In this document: piece after piece, positions 1 to 10,088 of the stretch
Layout: each line of letters starts with the position of its first letter
Numbering within the stretch: the first letter of the stretch is position 1
Origin: an uncultured Rivularia sp.
Lineage (GTDB): Bacteria > Cyanobacteriota > Cyanobacteriia > Cyanobacteriales > Nostocaceae
Assembly (NCBI GenBank): GCA_963665115.1
Contig: OY762007.1
Span: 6,752,001-6,816,000 of the forward strand
Length of the DNA stretch: 64,000 nt
Reading direction: 5' to 3'
Translations under genes and position numbers: made by a program
The notes under the pieces: generated by a model
What the model was told of the DNA's origin: nothing
Databases searched by the model: none
The model's input: the letters and a program-made list of their open reading frames with translations, nothing else

Positions 1-1100
1 ACTGCTTCAATCACGTCCATTTCCAGCAGCGTGCGTCGAATTTGCCCTTCTACACCACCGCGAAATAATGCACCTTGGGGTAAGACAACAGCCATTCGTC
101 CATGTGGCTTCGCCATTGACTTGACCATGTGTTGTACCCAAGCAAAATCACCACTACTATCTGTAGGCAGACCAGCAAAAGCACGCCCCCAGGGGTCAGT
201 TTCCCAAACTTCCCGTCCCCATTTTTGTAAAGAGAATGGAGGATTCGCAATTACTACATCAAACTCAGCTAAACCACCCGTGTTGGGATTAGTAAAAACA
301 GGAATACGCAAGGTATCGCCGCGTTCAATTGCAAAATCTTCAACTTCGTGTAGGAATAAATTCATCCGGGCAGTGGAAGCAGTGGTTAAATTCTTCTCTT
401 GCCCGTATAACTTGCCAAAGAATGTCCGTGCGTCTCCCCCTTTATTACGTACATGGTCAACAGCAGCCAGTAACATTCCTCCAGTACCGCAAGCTGGATC
501 GTAAACCGTTTCCCCCTCTTTAGGTTCTAATATATCCACCATTAGCTGTACCACGCTACGTGGTGTATAAAATTCCCCAGCTTTCTTTTTGGTTGTATCG
601 GCGAATTTTTTAATTAGGTATTCATAAGCATCGCCCATGACATCGTTATGGACGCGCTTATTGCTGAGGTTAAGCGCAGAAAAATGTTCAATAAGGTCTT
701 TGAGTAGTTCGTCAGATAGCTTTTCTTTGTTCGTCCACTGAGCATCACCGAATACACCGTATAAATGCTTTTGATTGGCTACTTCAACATTACGTAGGGA
801 ATTTTGTAAAGCAGTACCCACATTACTGGATGCTTCTCGCACATCTTGCCAGTGACTATCTTCAGGAATTTGAAAGCGATGTTCGTCAGGAAAATCTTCT
901 CCGTACTCTTCAATCATTTTCTGACGCTCTTCATCCCAAACATCACAAATCCGCTTGAAGAATAATAACGGCAGAATGTAACTTTTCCAATCAGTACGGT
1001 CAACAGGACTACCGCGTAATATGTTTGCTGCCTCCCATAAATGAGATTCCAGTTCTTGCAGCGTAATAGGGGCATCATCAAACAGCGATCGCTGAATCAT
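1..1100 (-). CDS. hsdM: Type I restriction-modification methyltransferase subunit M (partial, runs off left edge)
   Basis: Not in ORF track because it is edge-truncated. Manual translation from ATG at 1100 gives MIQRSLFDDAPITLQELESHLWEAANILRG, then GEFYTPRSVV, DPACGTGGML and NPPF, which are HsdM motifs. Confidence 0.92.
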   Translation of the reverse strand, partial: MIQRSLFDDAPITLQELESHLWEAANILRGSPVDRTDWKSYILPLLFFKRICDVWDEERQKMIEEYGEDFPDEHRFQIPEDSHWQDVREASSNVGTALQNSLRNVEVANQKHLYGVFGDAQWTNKEKLSDELLKDLIEHFSALNLSNKRVHNDVMGDAYEYLIKKFADTTKKKAGEFYTPRSVVQLMVDILEPKEGETVYDPACGTGGMLLAAVDHVRNKGGDARTFFGKLYGQEKNLTTASTARMNLFLHEVEDFAIERGDTLRIPVFTNPNTGGLAEFDVVIANPPFSLQKWGREVWETDPWGRAFAGLPTDSSGDFAWVQHMVKSMAKPHGRMAVVLPQGALFRGGVEGQIRRTLLEMDVIEA

Positions 1101-1242
1101 CAGTTTCCGTACACAAATAAAAGAGCAGCTTTATATAGCGTGGACAATTATAGGACAAAAACCCGCTTTTGTGCTTAATTACGGCAAGGTTTAAGCATAT
1201 CTAATCATCTAGCGACTGTTATGTAATATGATGCTTCTATTT

Positions 1243-1258
1243 ATTGCCAAATGGCAAT
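1243..1258. promoter_or_regulatory. Palindrome ATTGCCA-AA-TGGCAAT, candidate operator
   Basis: Perfect inverted repeat; its first 15 bp recur at 1601-1615. Confidence 0.55.
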
Positions 1259-1268
1259 TGACCTGGCT

Positions 1269-1601
1269 ATGGGTATTGCTCCAAAAATTCCTACTCAGAG
1301 ACACTGGGATGCGTTTAACGCATACCTAAAACCCCTAAACGATTTGATGGAACTCGAAGAGTTTCTTCGGCACTGGGAAGTGTCACGAGAAGAATTAGCT
1401 TTTATTTGCGACTGTTCCTTAACAACAGTCAATCATTGGTTTTCTCAAGGCATTGACAGGAGAGTACCAAGCCAAAAACACAAGCAGCGCCTAGCTTTGG
1501 TACACCATATTTGGACTGCAATTGATACAGAACCGGAGTATTTACAAAAGCTACGGGAAATGTATCGCCAAAAACCGCGCAAAAATCGTAACAATCCTTA
1601 A
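1269..1601 (+). CDS. Small helix-turn-helix (XRE-like) protein
   Basis: SREELAFICDCSLTTVNHWFS is an HTH pattern. Start is either ATG 1251 (inside the palindrome) or ATG 1269. Confidence 0.75.
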   Translation: MGIAPKIPTQRHWDAFNAYLKPLNDLMELEEFLRHWEVSREELAFICDCSLTTVNHWFSQGIDRRVPSQKHKQRLALVHHIWTAIDTEPEYLQKLREMYRQKPRKNRNNP

Positions 1602-1641
1602 TTGCCAAATGGCAAGTTTTTATTGCCATCGTGGCAATAAA
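1601..1641. promoter_or_regulatory. Two tandem TTGCCA..TGGCAA palindromes upstream of the GmrSD-like gene
   Basis: ATTGCCAAATGGCAA at 1601-1615 and TTTATTGCCA-TCG-TGGCAATAAA at 1619-1641. Confidence 0.55.
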
Positions 1642-1800
1642 CAATTTATGGTCATTAATTGAGTAAGAATTTCTAGAAAAAGAACTTGTAACGAATTCTT
1701 TGGTTTTTCAATCATAGCCAAGGGCTTTATTTGCCTATCGTACAGATTATTTTCAGGCAGATATCTTAACACCCGCACTTGTGGTAATAACGGCAAACAA

Positions 1801-3567
1801 ATGGATTCCATCTCAACCTTTGACATTACTAAATACCCCTTATTCGATGTCATGAAAGACATCAAATTTGGACGCATTCAATTACCAGATTTTCAACGAG
1901 ATTGGGTATGGGACGATATTCATGTGCGGCGTTTGTTGGCAAGTATATCGCTGGCTTATCCCATTGGTGCAGTCATGATGCTGCAACAAGGCATCCAAAG
2001 TCAACAATTTAAACCTCGCTTGCTTGATGGTGTGGCAAATTCTGCTTCTCAATTGCCAAACTTACTTGTACTCGACGGACAGCAAAGACTGACAACTTTA
2101 TTCATGGTGCTATTGTCCTCCCAACCCGTTACTATTAAAGACCTTAAAAGTCATAAGTTAATCAAAAAATGGTACTACCTAGATATTGAAAAAAGCCTCG
2201 AACCAAATTGCGATCGCAAATCAGCAATAATCGCATTACCCGAATTAAAAATTATGCGAACTCGAAATAGCGATTTGATTGACTGTTCCACACCAGAAAA
2301 CGAATATGAAAACCTTTTATTCCCCTTATCAAAAGTATTCTCTTATTCCGAATGGCGCAGTAAATTTTCTAAATATTGGCAGTATCAACCACAAAAGCTC
2401 GAACTGCTTGACACTTTAGAATTAGAAGTCCTTAAAAAGTTTGAGCATTATCAAATACCAGTAATTAAACTGCGAGATTCTTTACCCAAAGAAGCAGTAT
2501 GTCAGGTTTTTGAAGACACTAACACTGCTGGGTGCGACTTGAATTTCTTCGATTTAATGAGTTCGAGTTATTGCGTAGGCGACTTCAGCCTTCGAGATGA
2601 TTGGAAAAGCCGCGAAAGCCGCTTCCAATCCTTCAAGGTGTTACGAAAAGTTCGTAACACTGATTTTGTCCAAGCAGTTACGTTGGTAGCTGGTTATACT
2701 CGCAGAATTGAAGCAATCAAGCAAGGCTGGAACTTAGATAAATTACCTGGTGTATCCTGCGGTCGTTCTGAAGTATTAAAGCTGACCAAAGAAGAATACA
2801 TATTATGGGCAGATCCGGTTCATCGGGGTTTTGAAGAAGCCGCTCGTTTTCTACACAGTCAAAAAATCTTTGATGCTAAGGATATCGCTTATCCCATTCA
2901 GTTAGTTGCTTTGAGTGCAATTTTAACAATTCTTGGAGAAGGTTCCCGTTCTTATCAAGTACGCAGTAAGCTTGAACGCTGGCTATGGTGTGGAATGTTT
3001 GGCGAAATTTATACCCGGTGGCACGATGCACAAGCTGGAAGAGATGTAGTTGAAGTTCCAGGATGGGTTTCGGGTGGTGCGGTACCTTTTTGCATTACCC
3101 AAGCAGATTTCTCTTTACAAAGATTGATTAGCGTTAGAAAACGACTTGGTGCAGTATATCAAGGTTTTTCAGCATTACTACGTCGAGAAGGTGCAGTTGA
3201 TTGGATTACAGGCGAAGAAATCAACGATGTTGTTTATTTTGACGAACAAATTGACTCGCATCATATCTTCCCTATCGCTTGGTGTCGCAAACAAGGCATT
3301 GACCCCAAAATTTATAACTGCCTTGTTAATCGTACTCCCCTAAGCGCTAAGACTAACAAAAAAATCGGTAGCAAGGCTCCTTCGCTCTATTTGAAAGAAT
3401 TTGAAAAACAAGGAATAGCAGCAGGAAGACTGGAAGAAATATTGCGATCGCACTGTATCGAATTTAATGTTTTACAATGCGATAATTTTGAAGCATTTTC
3501 CCAAGCTAGAGCAGAAGCCCTTATGAAGCTTATAGGTAAGGCTATGGGTAAAAACTTGACTTTTTAG
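1801..3567 (+). CDS. DUF262 + HNH (DUF1524-like) protein, GmrSD-type type IV restriction endonuclease
   Basis: N-terminal LPDFQRDWVW and LDGQQRLT; C-terminal DSHHIFP...NRTPLSAKTN HNH-like motif. Confidence 0.82.
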   Translation: MDSISTFDITKYPLFDVMKDIKFGRIQLPDFQRDWVWDDIHVRRLLASISLAYPIGAVMMLQQGIQSQQFKPRLLDGVANSASQLPNLLVLDGQQRLTTLFMVLLSSQPVTIKDLKSHKLIKKWYYLDIEKSLEPNCDRKSAIIALPELKIMRTRNSDLIDCSTPENEYENLLFPLSKVFSYSEWRSKFSKYWQYQPQKLELLDTLELEVLKKFEHYQIPVIKLRDSLPKEAVCQVFEDTNTAGCDLNFFDLMSSSYCVGDFSLRDDWKSRESRFQSFKVLRKVRNTDFVQAVTLVAGYTRRIEAIKQGWNLDKLPGVSCGRSEVLKLTKEEYILWADPVHRGFEEAARFLHSQKIFDAKDIAYPIQLVALSAILTILGEGSRSYQVRSKLERWLWCGMFGEIYTRWHDAQAGRDVVEVPGWVSGGAVPFCITQADFSLQRLISVRKRLGAVYQGFSALLRREGAVDWITGEEINDVVYFDEQIDSHHIFPIAWCRKQGIDPKIYNCLVNRTPLSAKTNKKIGSKAPSLYLKEFEKQGIAAGRLEEILRSHCIEFNVLQCDNFEAFSQARAEALMKLIGKAMGKNLTF

Positions 3568-3915
3568 TCTAAGTTAAGACACTGAGATTGTTCTCATCAA
3601 TAAATAAAATAAATTTATCTTTTAGTTTACAGCCATGTCTCTAAGCCAAAAGAATAAGCTAAATAGCTTACGTAAACGTCACTTTATCAAAAATACCCTT
3701 CTTAACTGAATAAGTTGTTACGCATTTAGTTTGTATAAGACTAGCGAGCAAGATGCTCGCACTACAATATTTTCAGGTTTTAGCATTACGCAATTTAGCT
3801 GCATATCAGCTTACAACACGGATAAGAGGGGCAGTAGAAAGAGATACTTATTAGTTGAGTCTGTGATTCTAAAAATTCCCAGCCATTTTCTACTGTCACA
3901 ATATTAGTACACGGC

Positions 3916-4094
3916 TTGAGCAACGCCTAACGGCATAAAGCCAAGACTCACGGTAAATCCACATTCGAGCTTGTAGCTAATCAGGTGAGCAACGCCTAAC
4001 GGCATAAAGCCAAGACTCACTCATGATTTTTGAATCCCAATTTTAAATTCAATATCTGGTGAGCAACGCCTAACGGCATAAAGCCAAGACTCAC
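3916..4094 (-). CRISPR. Minimal CRISPR array: three 36-bp repeats and two spacers (33 and 38 bp)
   Basis: Repeats at 3916-3951 (one terminal mismatch, trailer), 3985-4020 and 4059-4094. Minus-strand repeat is GTGAGTCTTGGCTTTATGCCGTTAGGCGTTGCTCAC. Confidence 0.95.
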
Positions 4095-4340
4095 AGCAAA
4101 GGCTGAAACCCTTGAGTGATGAAGGCTCACTCACAATTTTACAAGTACCCCTCAACCGGAGATCCCAAAAAGACAAAACTTATTAATTTTTTGTATTTCT
4201 TCAACCTCTAAAACTCAATCCCCTTAACTCTTTTAAGGATTTGCAAGTACCTTTTCCAGTTATAAATCGCTATATCCCTTAACGTGTAAACTTTCCCGCC
4301 ATTCTTTTACTTCAATCCTCTTCCCCAGCAAAGGTGCTTG
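4095..4340 (-). promoter_or_regulatory. CRISPR leader
   Basis: Non-coding segment between cas5 and the first repeat, with a repeated TTT(A/G)CAAGTACC motif near 4138 and 4240 and GCTGAAACCC next to the repeat. Confidence 0.6.
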
Positions 4341-4980
4341 TCAAATCGGAGATTGAATCATTGTCCACGCCAAATCAGGAGGTGACAATCTATCCATTTC
4401 CTCAATTCGATACCTTAAAAATCGGGTATTTCTTGACCCCACATGATCAACCCAATAGGGTAAGGTTAACCAACCTCGATTATCCATAATTACCCAATGT
4501 CTCACCTCCCCTAGATAATCTTCGGAGACAAGTTTGATTGATTTAATCAACTGATCACTTTCTCCCAAAAACAAACAACCGAACCGTCTTACTAGCTCAG
4601 GATGCTCAAAAGCCAACTGTATCCGCTCCCTCAAACTTGGTTGTATCTTCTCTCCTTCGGAAACGAACCCAAATCAAACACTGCAAATTAGATAAAATTT
4701 CTTGATAACCGGGAATCACATTCTCCGGGTGGCTAAAATCAGCATTCTTAAACCGCCTCATTTGACGCAAAATTCGCGACTTTTTGGGACTTGATAACAT
4801 TGCGATCGCCAATTCCACCCCACAGTGGCGATAGACATCCGTTTCTCCTACCAAAGACAACAACATCCCATATACTGTTGCTGGAGGAGGAACAGAATAG
4901 GTTTTTCCCATTTCTCTTGCATGGGACTCCCGAAAAGTCGCAAATGGAACATCCAAATAAAGAATTGATGGTGCAACCAT
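4341..4980 (-). pseudogene. cas5: Cas5 (DevS/Myxan type I-B) with a +1 frameshift near 4661-4663 (real or sequencing error)
   Basis: LYLDVPFATFR..TYSVPPPATVYGMLLSLVG. Removing one T in CGTTTCC joins the two ORFs as WVRSEGEKIQPSLRERI. Confidence 0.85.
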
Positions 4981-4985
4981 TTTGA

Positions 4986-5945
4986 TTATTCTAAGCCCAA
5001 ATCTCTTTTTATGACCGTTTTCAAAGCTTCAATCAGTTCATTTCTATTACGATTAATATTCACCTCATTAAAAGGGGAATTATCAAAATTATCTAATTGC
5101 TGTAACTCCTTAACAATTGTTCCCCCAATCCACAATTGCTTAGGGTCAATTTGTCCGCATTCCACTTCATCTATAAACTCTTTTGTCAGTTTTGCTTCCT
5201 TACTTTTAGGATCGCAATATTCAAAGCAATAAGAAACATATGAAGCAAAATTATTTGTCCATTGAAATACTAAACTATCGGGAAAGAAAGGATAATTAAA
5301 AGCATTACTACTACCTCCTACTTTGGGCAGATTCATAATCCCATCTATCAGAGGTAAAATCCGCGAAAAGTCTTTGAGATGAGTAGCATTAATTCCAAAA
5401 TAGTATTGATATCTAGTTGCATGATATTCGGTGAAATGAAGTGATGTACTATCCTTTTCTCTGCCACTTTTTGCCCCTAACTTGACTGCACCGTCATAGG
5501 GAGTGAGCGAAACAGCCATATTCATCCCTAAAGCACCCAATCGTTGATTAGGAGTGCTGACTTTTGTTTTTTTCTTTTTCCTCTTGGTTGTTGAAGTCTC
5601 CTCCTCTGTTTCCGCAGACTCTAGTAAAGCAAACCCAAAAATATCATCATCATAAAACTGTTCTGGATCGAAATCTTCACTTGTTAACCGATTAATATGT
5701 TCATCTTCGTCCCAAACTCTATTAACTAAATAACCTTGCTTTTGCAGATAAAAACGTAACGCCCAACGAATTGCACTTGAACCTACAAAAGAATGAATCC
5801 TACCATTCCAATAGCCTTTTTGTAGAATAGTCTTATTGCCTCGTCTAATGTCATGATTTAAGGAAGCTAACCCATAACCAGTGAGGACTGTTCCGTAAAG
5901 GTAATAATTGGGTATATTGTTATCATTCTTCTTCTGACTCATCAT
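4986..5945 (-). CDS. cas7: Cas7 (DevR/Cst2 type), intact
   Basis: LYGTVLT, VGSSAIRWALR, FYDDDIFGF, SLHFTEYHATRYQY; position within the operon. Confidence 0.88.
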   Translation of the reverse strand: MMSQKKNDNNIPNYYLYGTVLTGYGLASLNHDIRRGNKTILQKGYWNGRIHSFVGSSAIRWALRFYLQKQGYLVNRVWDEDEHINRLTSEDFDPEQFYDDDIFGFALLESAETEEETSTTKRKKKKTKVSTPNQRLGALGMNMAVSLTPYDGAVKLGAKSGREKDSTSLHFTEYHATRYQYYFGINATHLKDFSRILPLIDGIMNLPKVGGSSNAFNYPFFPDSLVFQWTNNFASYVSYCFEYCDPKSKEAKLTKEFIDEVECGQIDPKQLWIGGTIVKELQQLDNFDNSPFNEVNINRNRNELIEALKTVIKRDLGLE

Positions 5946-7500
5946 TCATTTCTTCTAGTTGTTGATTGTTTGTTAATGAATTATCATCACTATTGGTAGG
6001 TTTATCCTTGGGCTTATAACTGGCGATCGCTAACAATGCCCAAATTCTTAATTCTTGCCAAGATGATTTTTTAATTAATAGTGCAATCTCTTGCTGATGC
6101 TGAATAAAATATTTATTTAATCCCCCTCTTACTAAAAAGTCAGACAAATATTCCTTAAACGATAATTCATCATAACAATAGTTTAGCTCTGCCCTTAATC
6201 GCTCAACTTTCTTCTTAATTGGAGGATTTTTCCCTTCCTCAGTTTTGGCATAAATTTTAGCAAAGTTGCCCTTCATGGCTTGCTGAAATACCTTAATAAA
6301 AATCAGATACTGCTTGTCTTCTTCACTATTATCTGCCATTATTACGAGTCCTTCTCTATTGAAAAATAACTGGTTAAATAAATATTCTTCTGAATCCTCT
6401 ATCACCAATTTTTCCCAAAAATTAGACCACCAATGGTTTCCTTTCACTAAATTATCAGCAATCAAGGAGCGAATCGGATTTACTTTAACAAAAATTTTCT
6501 TAAATTTAATTTTCTGATAATTGGTTTTAAAGTACTTTTGAACCTGTTGATAAGTAGTTAAAGTATTCTTGTCAAATTTAATTTCTTCTATTCCCATCAA
6601 TGTTCTTTGACGAGAAGCTTGATTAATTTTTTCATATAACCAAACTTGACAAGCTTGATAGTAGCCGCCCTCAGTGTGAATATCGTCTAAACTGTAATAA
6701 ATTAATCCTGCTTCACCAAGTTTACTAACATGAAACTGTTTAGTTTCTAATTGCTGTAATCGCCATCTTCTTTGAGAAGCATCTTCAAAATCTTTGATTT
6801 CTGGAATTACTACCAGGTAGCGATGGGGTTTCTTTTCCTTCAAATCCTCTGATGGAATATGAAATAAGCAATAATGACAAATAACTGGTACAAATAATAA
6901 TGCGAAAGCGTATTCAGGTTTTTCTTCCAGTTTTGCAATATTCCGCGTCTTAGCGTGACGAACAATTCCCCCTAAATACAACCAACTGGTTATTCTCACA
7001 TAATCGCGTCTCAGTTGTTGGGTATCTGTATCGCATAACTTCTCTGCAAAGGTCTGATGTGCATACCAAGTTAGGGGTTTGTATTAATACTCGAATTTTT
7101 GTTCTTCAACCGTTAATTCAGTATCAACTAGTTCTCCCGCTTTATAAAACCGATTATGACGTAGAAAAACAGCACACATTCCCTCATGAATATGAATTTT
7201 ATGGCTTAAATCTATTGCATCATTTTCTAGCCCTGCCAAACAAATTAAACCTGTATCATCTAGTTTAAAAGACTCGTTAATTAACCAAGATAGGGCAACT
7301 AAATCACTTCCTTCCCAGGATAATTCAATAGTGTCAGCAGTCAAATCCCATGATATATATCCTCCCCTTTGACGAGATGAGGGATATTGCTGTTCTAACC
7401 GCTTTAAAGTCATGTAAAGTCCCGTCATTCCAGCGCGGTGAATGATTGTCGTATCCGCAGCATCGAGAGATAGGGAAATTTTGGGTTGGGTAGCAATCAT
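5923..7500 (-). pseudogene. cas8: Cas8 large subunit (Myxan type I-B) with an in-frame premature TAA at 7084-7086
   Basis: ORFs 7084..7500 and 5923..6999 are in the same frame. Read-through gives EY*YKPLTWYAHQTFAEKL and about 525 codons; HRAGMTGLYMTL at the N-terminus. Confidence 0.85.
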
Positions 7501-7922
7501 GTAATGGTTTCCTTTTCTTCCTTATTGCGAGTCGCTGGGACAAATATTCCACACATCATCTTTCGTTTCCCCCCAATACCTTGTTCTTGCAAGGTTAAGG
7601 AATCTTCAGGGTTGAGTTCGTTCACTTTTACGCCAAATCCTCTAATTTTAAACTGTTTCCCTTCTTTACTGATGGTTAATTGTCTTCTTTGAGGTGTTCC
7701 ATCTTGTCGGGTAAGAAGTTCGATTTTTCCTTGTATTTCTAAATTATCCAGTTGCCGTTGCACGGCTTCAATAAAATTACTAGGGTCTTGAAACCCTTTG
7801 ATTACTACTAACCTGGAATAAACGCTTTCTGAGGAAATTAAAGGTTTGTAGTCGGGAATATCTAGTTGATAAGAATTTTTACCTATGTGAAAAGCTTGAC
7901 CTGCTAAATAGGGATATAATAA
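7497..7922 (-). pseudogene. cas6: Cas6 C-terminal part (interrupted by IS)
   Basis: Gly-rich loop QEQGIGGKRKMMCGIF; joins the N-terminal part once the IS and one TSD copy are removed. Confidence 0.9.
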
Positions 7923-7977
7923 GTATCCGCTCAAAAAAATGGGGTAAAGGTACACCTTGCGTCGTAGAATATGAAGC

Positions 7978-9666
7978 ATGACGCAAAAACGATCATCTAA
8001 AAAATTAGTCACAGCATTATTGCAATCAATCGACCCAAAACAGATTGCAGACGAGGACGTGCGTCAAACGGTAGAAGTATTACTCAACTTAATAGAACAG
8101 CTAAATGTAAAAATCAAAGAATTAGAAGAAGAAAATCAAAAACTACGTGATGAAAACAACCGCTTAAAAGGTGAACAAGGTAAACCAGACATCAAAGCGA
8201 ATAAAAACAAAGGGTTTAAGAAAAACTATTCATCAGAAAAAGAACGAAAAATAGCAAAAGAACACAGTAAAGCAAGTAAAAACGAGTCTATCAAGATAAA
8301 CCGAGAAGAGATTGTAGTTTACCCACAAGAACAATTACCAGCAGACGCACAGTTCAAGGGTTATGAGGAAGTAGTAGTCCAAGACATTTTACTTAAGCCA
8401 GATAACATACTGTTCCGCAAGCAAAAATACTACTCACCAGAAACAGGAAAAACTTATTTAGCGGAACTACCAACAGGTTACGAAGGTGAATTTGGTCCAG
8501 GAGTAAAAGCTTTGGTCATGAGTCTATATTATGGTGGAAACATGACCCAAGGGAAGTTATTAGAATTTTTAGAAGATATTGGTATCTCGATTAGTGCAGG
8601 AACAATATCAAATTTATTAATTAAAAACCAAGAATATTTTGAAGCTGAATACGAAGAAGTATACAAGGAAGGGTTAGCCAGCAGTCCTTGGCAACACTTT
8701 GACCAAACAGGTGCGCGTGTTGCAGGAGTGAACCATACAACAAATGTGATTTGTAACCCCTTGTACACAATTTACCAAACAACGCGATACAAAGACCGTT
8801 TGACTGTATTAAAAGTATTTCAAAACACAACCGAACTCTCCTTTGTTCTCAACGAGATGACCTATGAACTTTTGGAGACTTTTAAAGTTCCAATTAAGTG
8901 GGTTAATAAACTAAAATTACTATCTCAACAGAAGGCTTTTACCGAAACTGAGTTTAATTTTTTGATTGGTGAGTACTTAAGTAGACTTGGTTCTCAACAC
9001 CGTTCTCGCATATATGAATCGGCAGCAATTGCTTTTTATCATCAGCAATCAACTGTACCAGTAATTACAACTCTAGTATGCGATGATGCTCCGCAGTTCA
9101 AGTTAATAACATCGGATTTGGCTCTTTGTTGGGTGCATGAAGGACGACATTATAAGAAATTAAGTCCGCTTATACCTTGCCATCAAAAACTTTTAGATAA
9201 TTTTCTAGAAAGATTCTGGGAATATTACAGAAAATTATTATCTTATCGAGATTCTCCAAGTTGGGATAAAGCTCACGAACTAGAAATGGAATTTTGGACA
9301 CTTTTTACAGAAAAAAGTGGTTATCAACAGTTAGATGAGCGAAAACGATTAACTACTTTGAAAGTAAACGAGTTGCTTCTCGTGTTGGAGCATCCAGAAT
9401 TACTATTGCATAACAACCCTGCCGAATTAGCTGCTAGGACTATGGTACAACGACGTAACATCAGTTACGCAACCCAGACAAAACAAGGCACAAAAGCGTG
9501 GGATGTTTTTATGTCCCTTGTTGACACTACTCGTAAGTTGGGTATCAGTTTTTATGAGTATATGCGTGACCGCATTTCTCAAGTTGAAAATATTCCATCT
9601 TTGGGGACAATTATTCGGAAGAAATCTTCTTCTAATTCCTATGGTTGGTCATGGATGCCTCAATAA
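7978..9666 (+). CDS. IS66-family DDE transposase
   Basis: Coiled-coil N-terminus; HFDQTG, LVCDDAPQF, LCWVHEGR and HNNPAELAAR motifs. Confidence 0.88.
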   Translation: MTQKRSSKKLVTALLQSIDPKQIADEDVRQTVEVLLNLIEQLNVKIKELEEENQKLRDENNRLKGEQGKPDIKANKNKGFKKNYSSEKERKIAKEHSKASKNESIKINREEIVVYPQEQLPADAQFKGYEEVVVQDILLKPDNILFRKQKYYSPETGKTYLAELPTGYEGEFGPGVKALVMSLYYGGNMTQGKLLEFLEDIGISISAGTISNLLIKNQEYFEAEYEEVYKEGLASSPWQHFDQTGARVAGVNHTTNVICNPLYTIYQTTRYKDRLTVLKVFQNTTELSFVLNEMTYELLETFKVPIKWVNKLKLLSQQKAFTETEFNFLIGEYLSRLGSQHRSRIYESAAIAFYHQQSTVPVITTLVCDDAPQFKLITSDLALCWVHEGRHYKKLSPLIPCHQKLLDNFLERFWEYYRKLLSYRDSPSWDKAHELEMEFWTLFTEKSGYQQLDERKRLTTLKVNELLLVLEHPELLLHNNPAELAARTMVQRRNISYATQTKQGTKAWDVFMSLVDTTRKLGISFYEYMRDRISQVENIPSLGTIIRKKSSSNSYGWSWMPQ

Positions 9667-9894
9667 CACCCCTGTATATTAAGACTGTGCTAAACCCTCA
9701 TATCCTTGGTTGTAGAATACTGTAAAGTGCATGGATTAACCACATCTATTTCTTCATAGTTTTTATAAGCGATTGAAACTTTTTTAGTTACTTTGATAGC
9801 ATATTTACAATTTACCTTATTTGCAACTTCCGCTATTAATCAATTTCTTGATTTTGATTATTTTTATTTATTTGTTGCTCTCACGAGAGATCCA

Positions 9895-10037
9895 GCAACT
9901 GGGGAAGATTTGGCGGCGACAGCGGAGTGCCAGGTGGGGGCACGATTATTTTCTGTGCCTATGTAAAATCTATCTGCCCCTACCTGGTACCGTCAAATCA
10001 GCGTAGCGGTTCCCCAGTTGCGCCGCTGCTTTTTTTT
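9895..10037 (+). ncRNA. Candidate structured RNA in the IS 3' non-coding region
   Basis: Three nested stems whose only mismatches are G-U on the + strand, followed by a T tract. Confidence 0.4.
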
Positions 10038-10088
10038 ATCGTAGTTGACATTCAAGACAGCCGATACCCCGAAATTTTGAGGGGATAC

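Larger units (their letters stand above)
7923..10088 (+). mobile_element. IS66-family insertion sequence (single-ORF, ISBst12-like), 2166 bp
   Basis: Imperfect 24-bp terminal IRs GTATCCGCTCAAAAAAATGGGGTA / revcomp GTATCCCCTCAAAATTTCGGGGTA; 8-bp TSD TATAATAA at 7915-7922 and 10089-10096. Confidence 0.9.

Noticed and set aside
31..523. Short ORFs 31..504, 50..250 and 329..523
   Set aside because: Shadows of hsdM on the minus strand.
3863..3915. Possible degenerate fourth repeat (GTGA...TCAC) with a 16-nt short spacer
   Set aside because: Only the terminal 4 nt on each side match the repeat, and no target was found for the short spacer.
7923..8012. N-terminus of ORF 7497..8012 as the real cas6 start
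   Set aside because: It is IS sequence read on the opposite strand; the true N-terminus lies beyond 10089.
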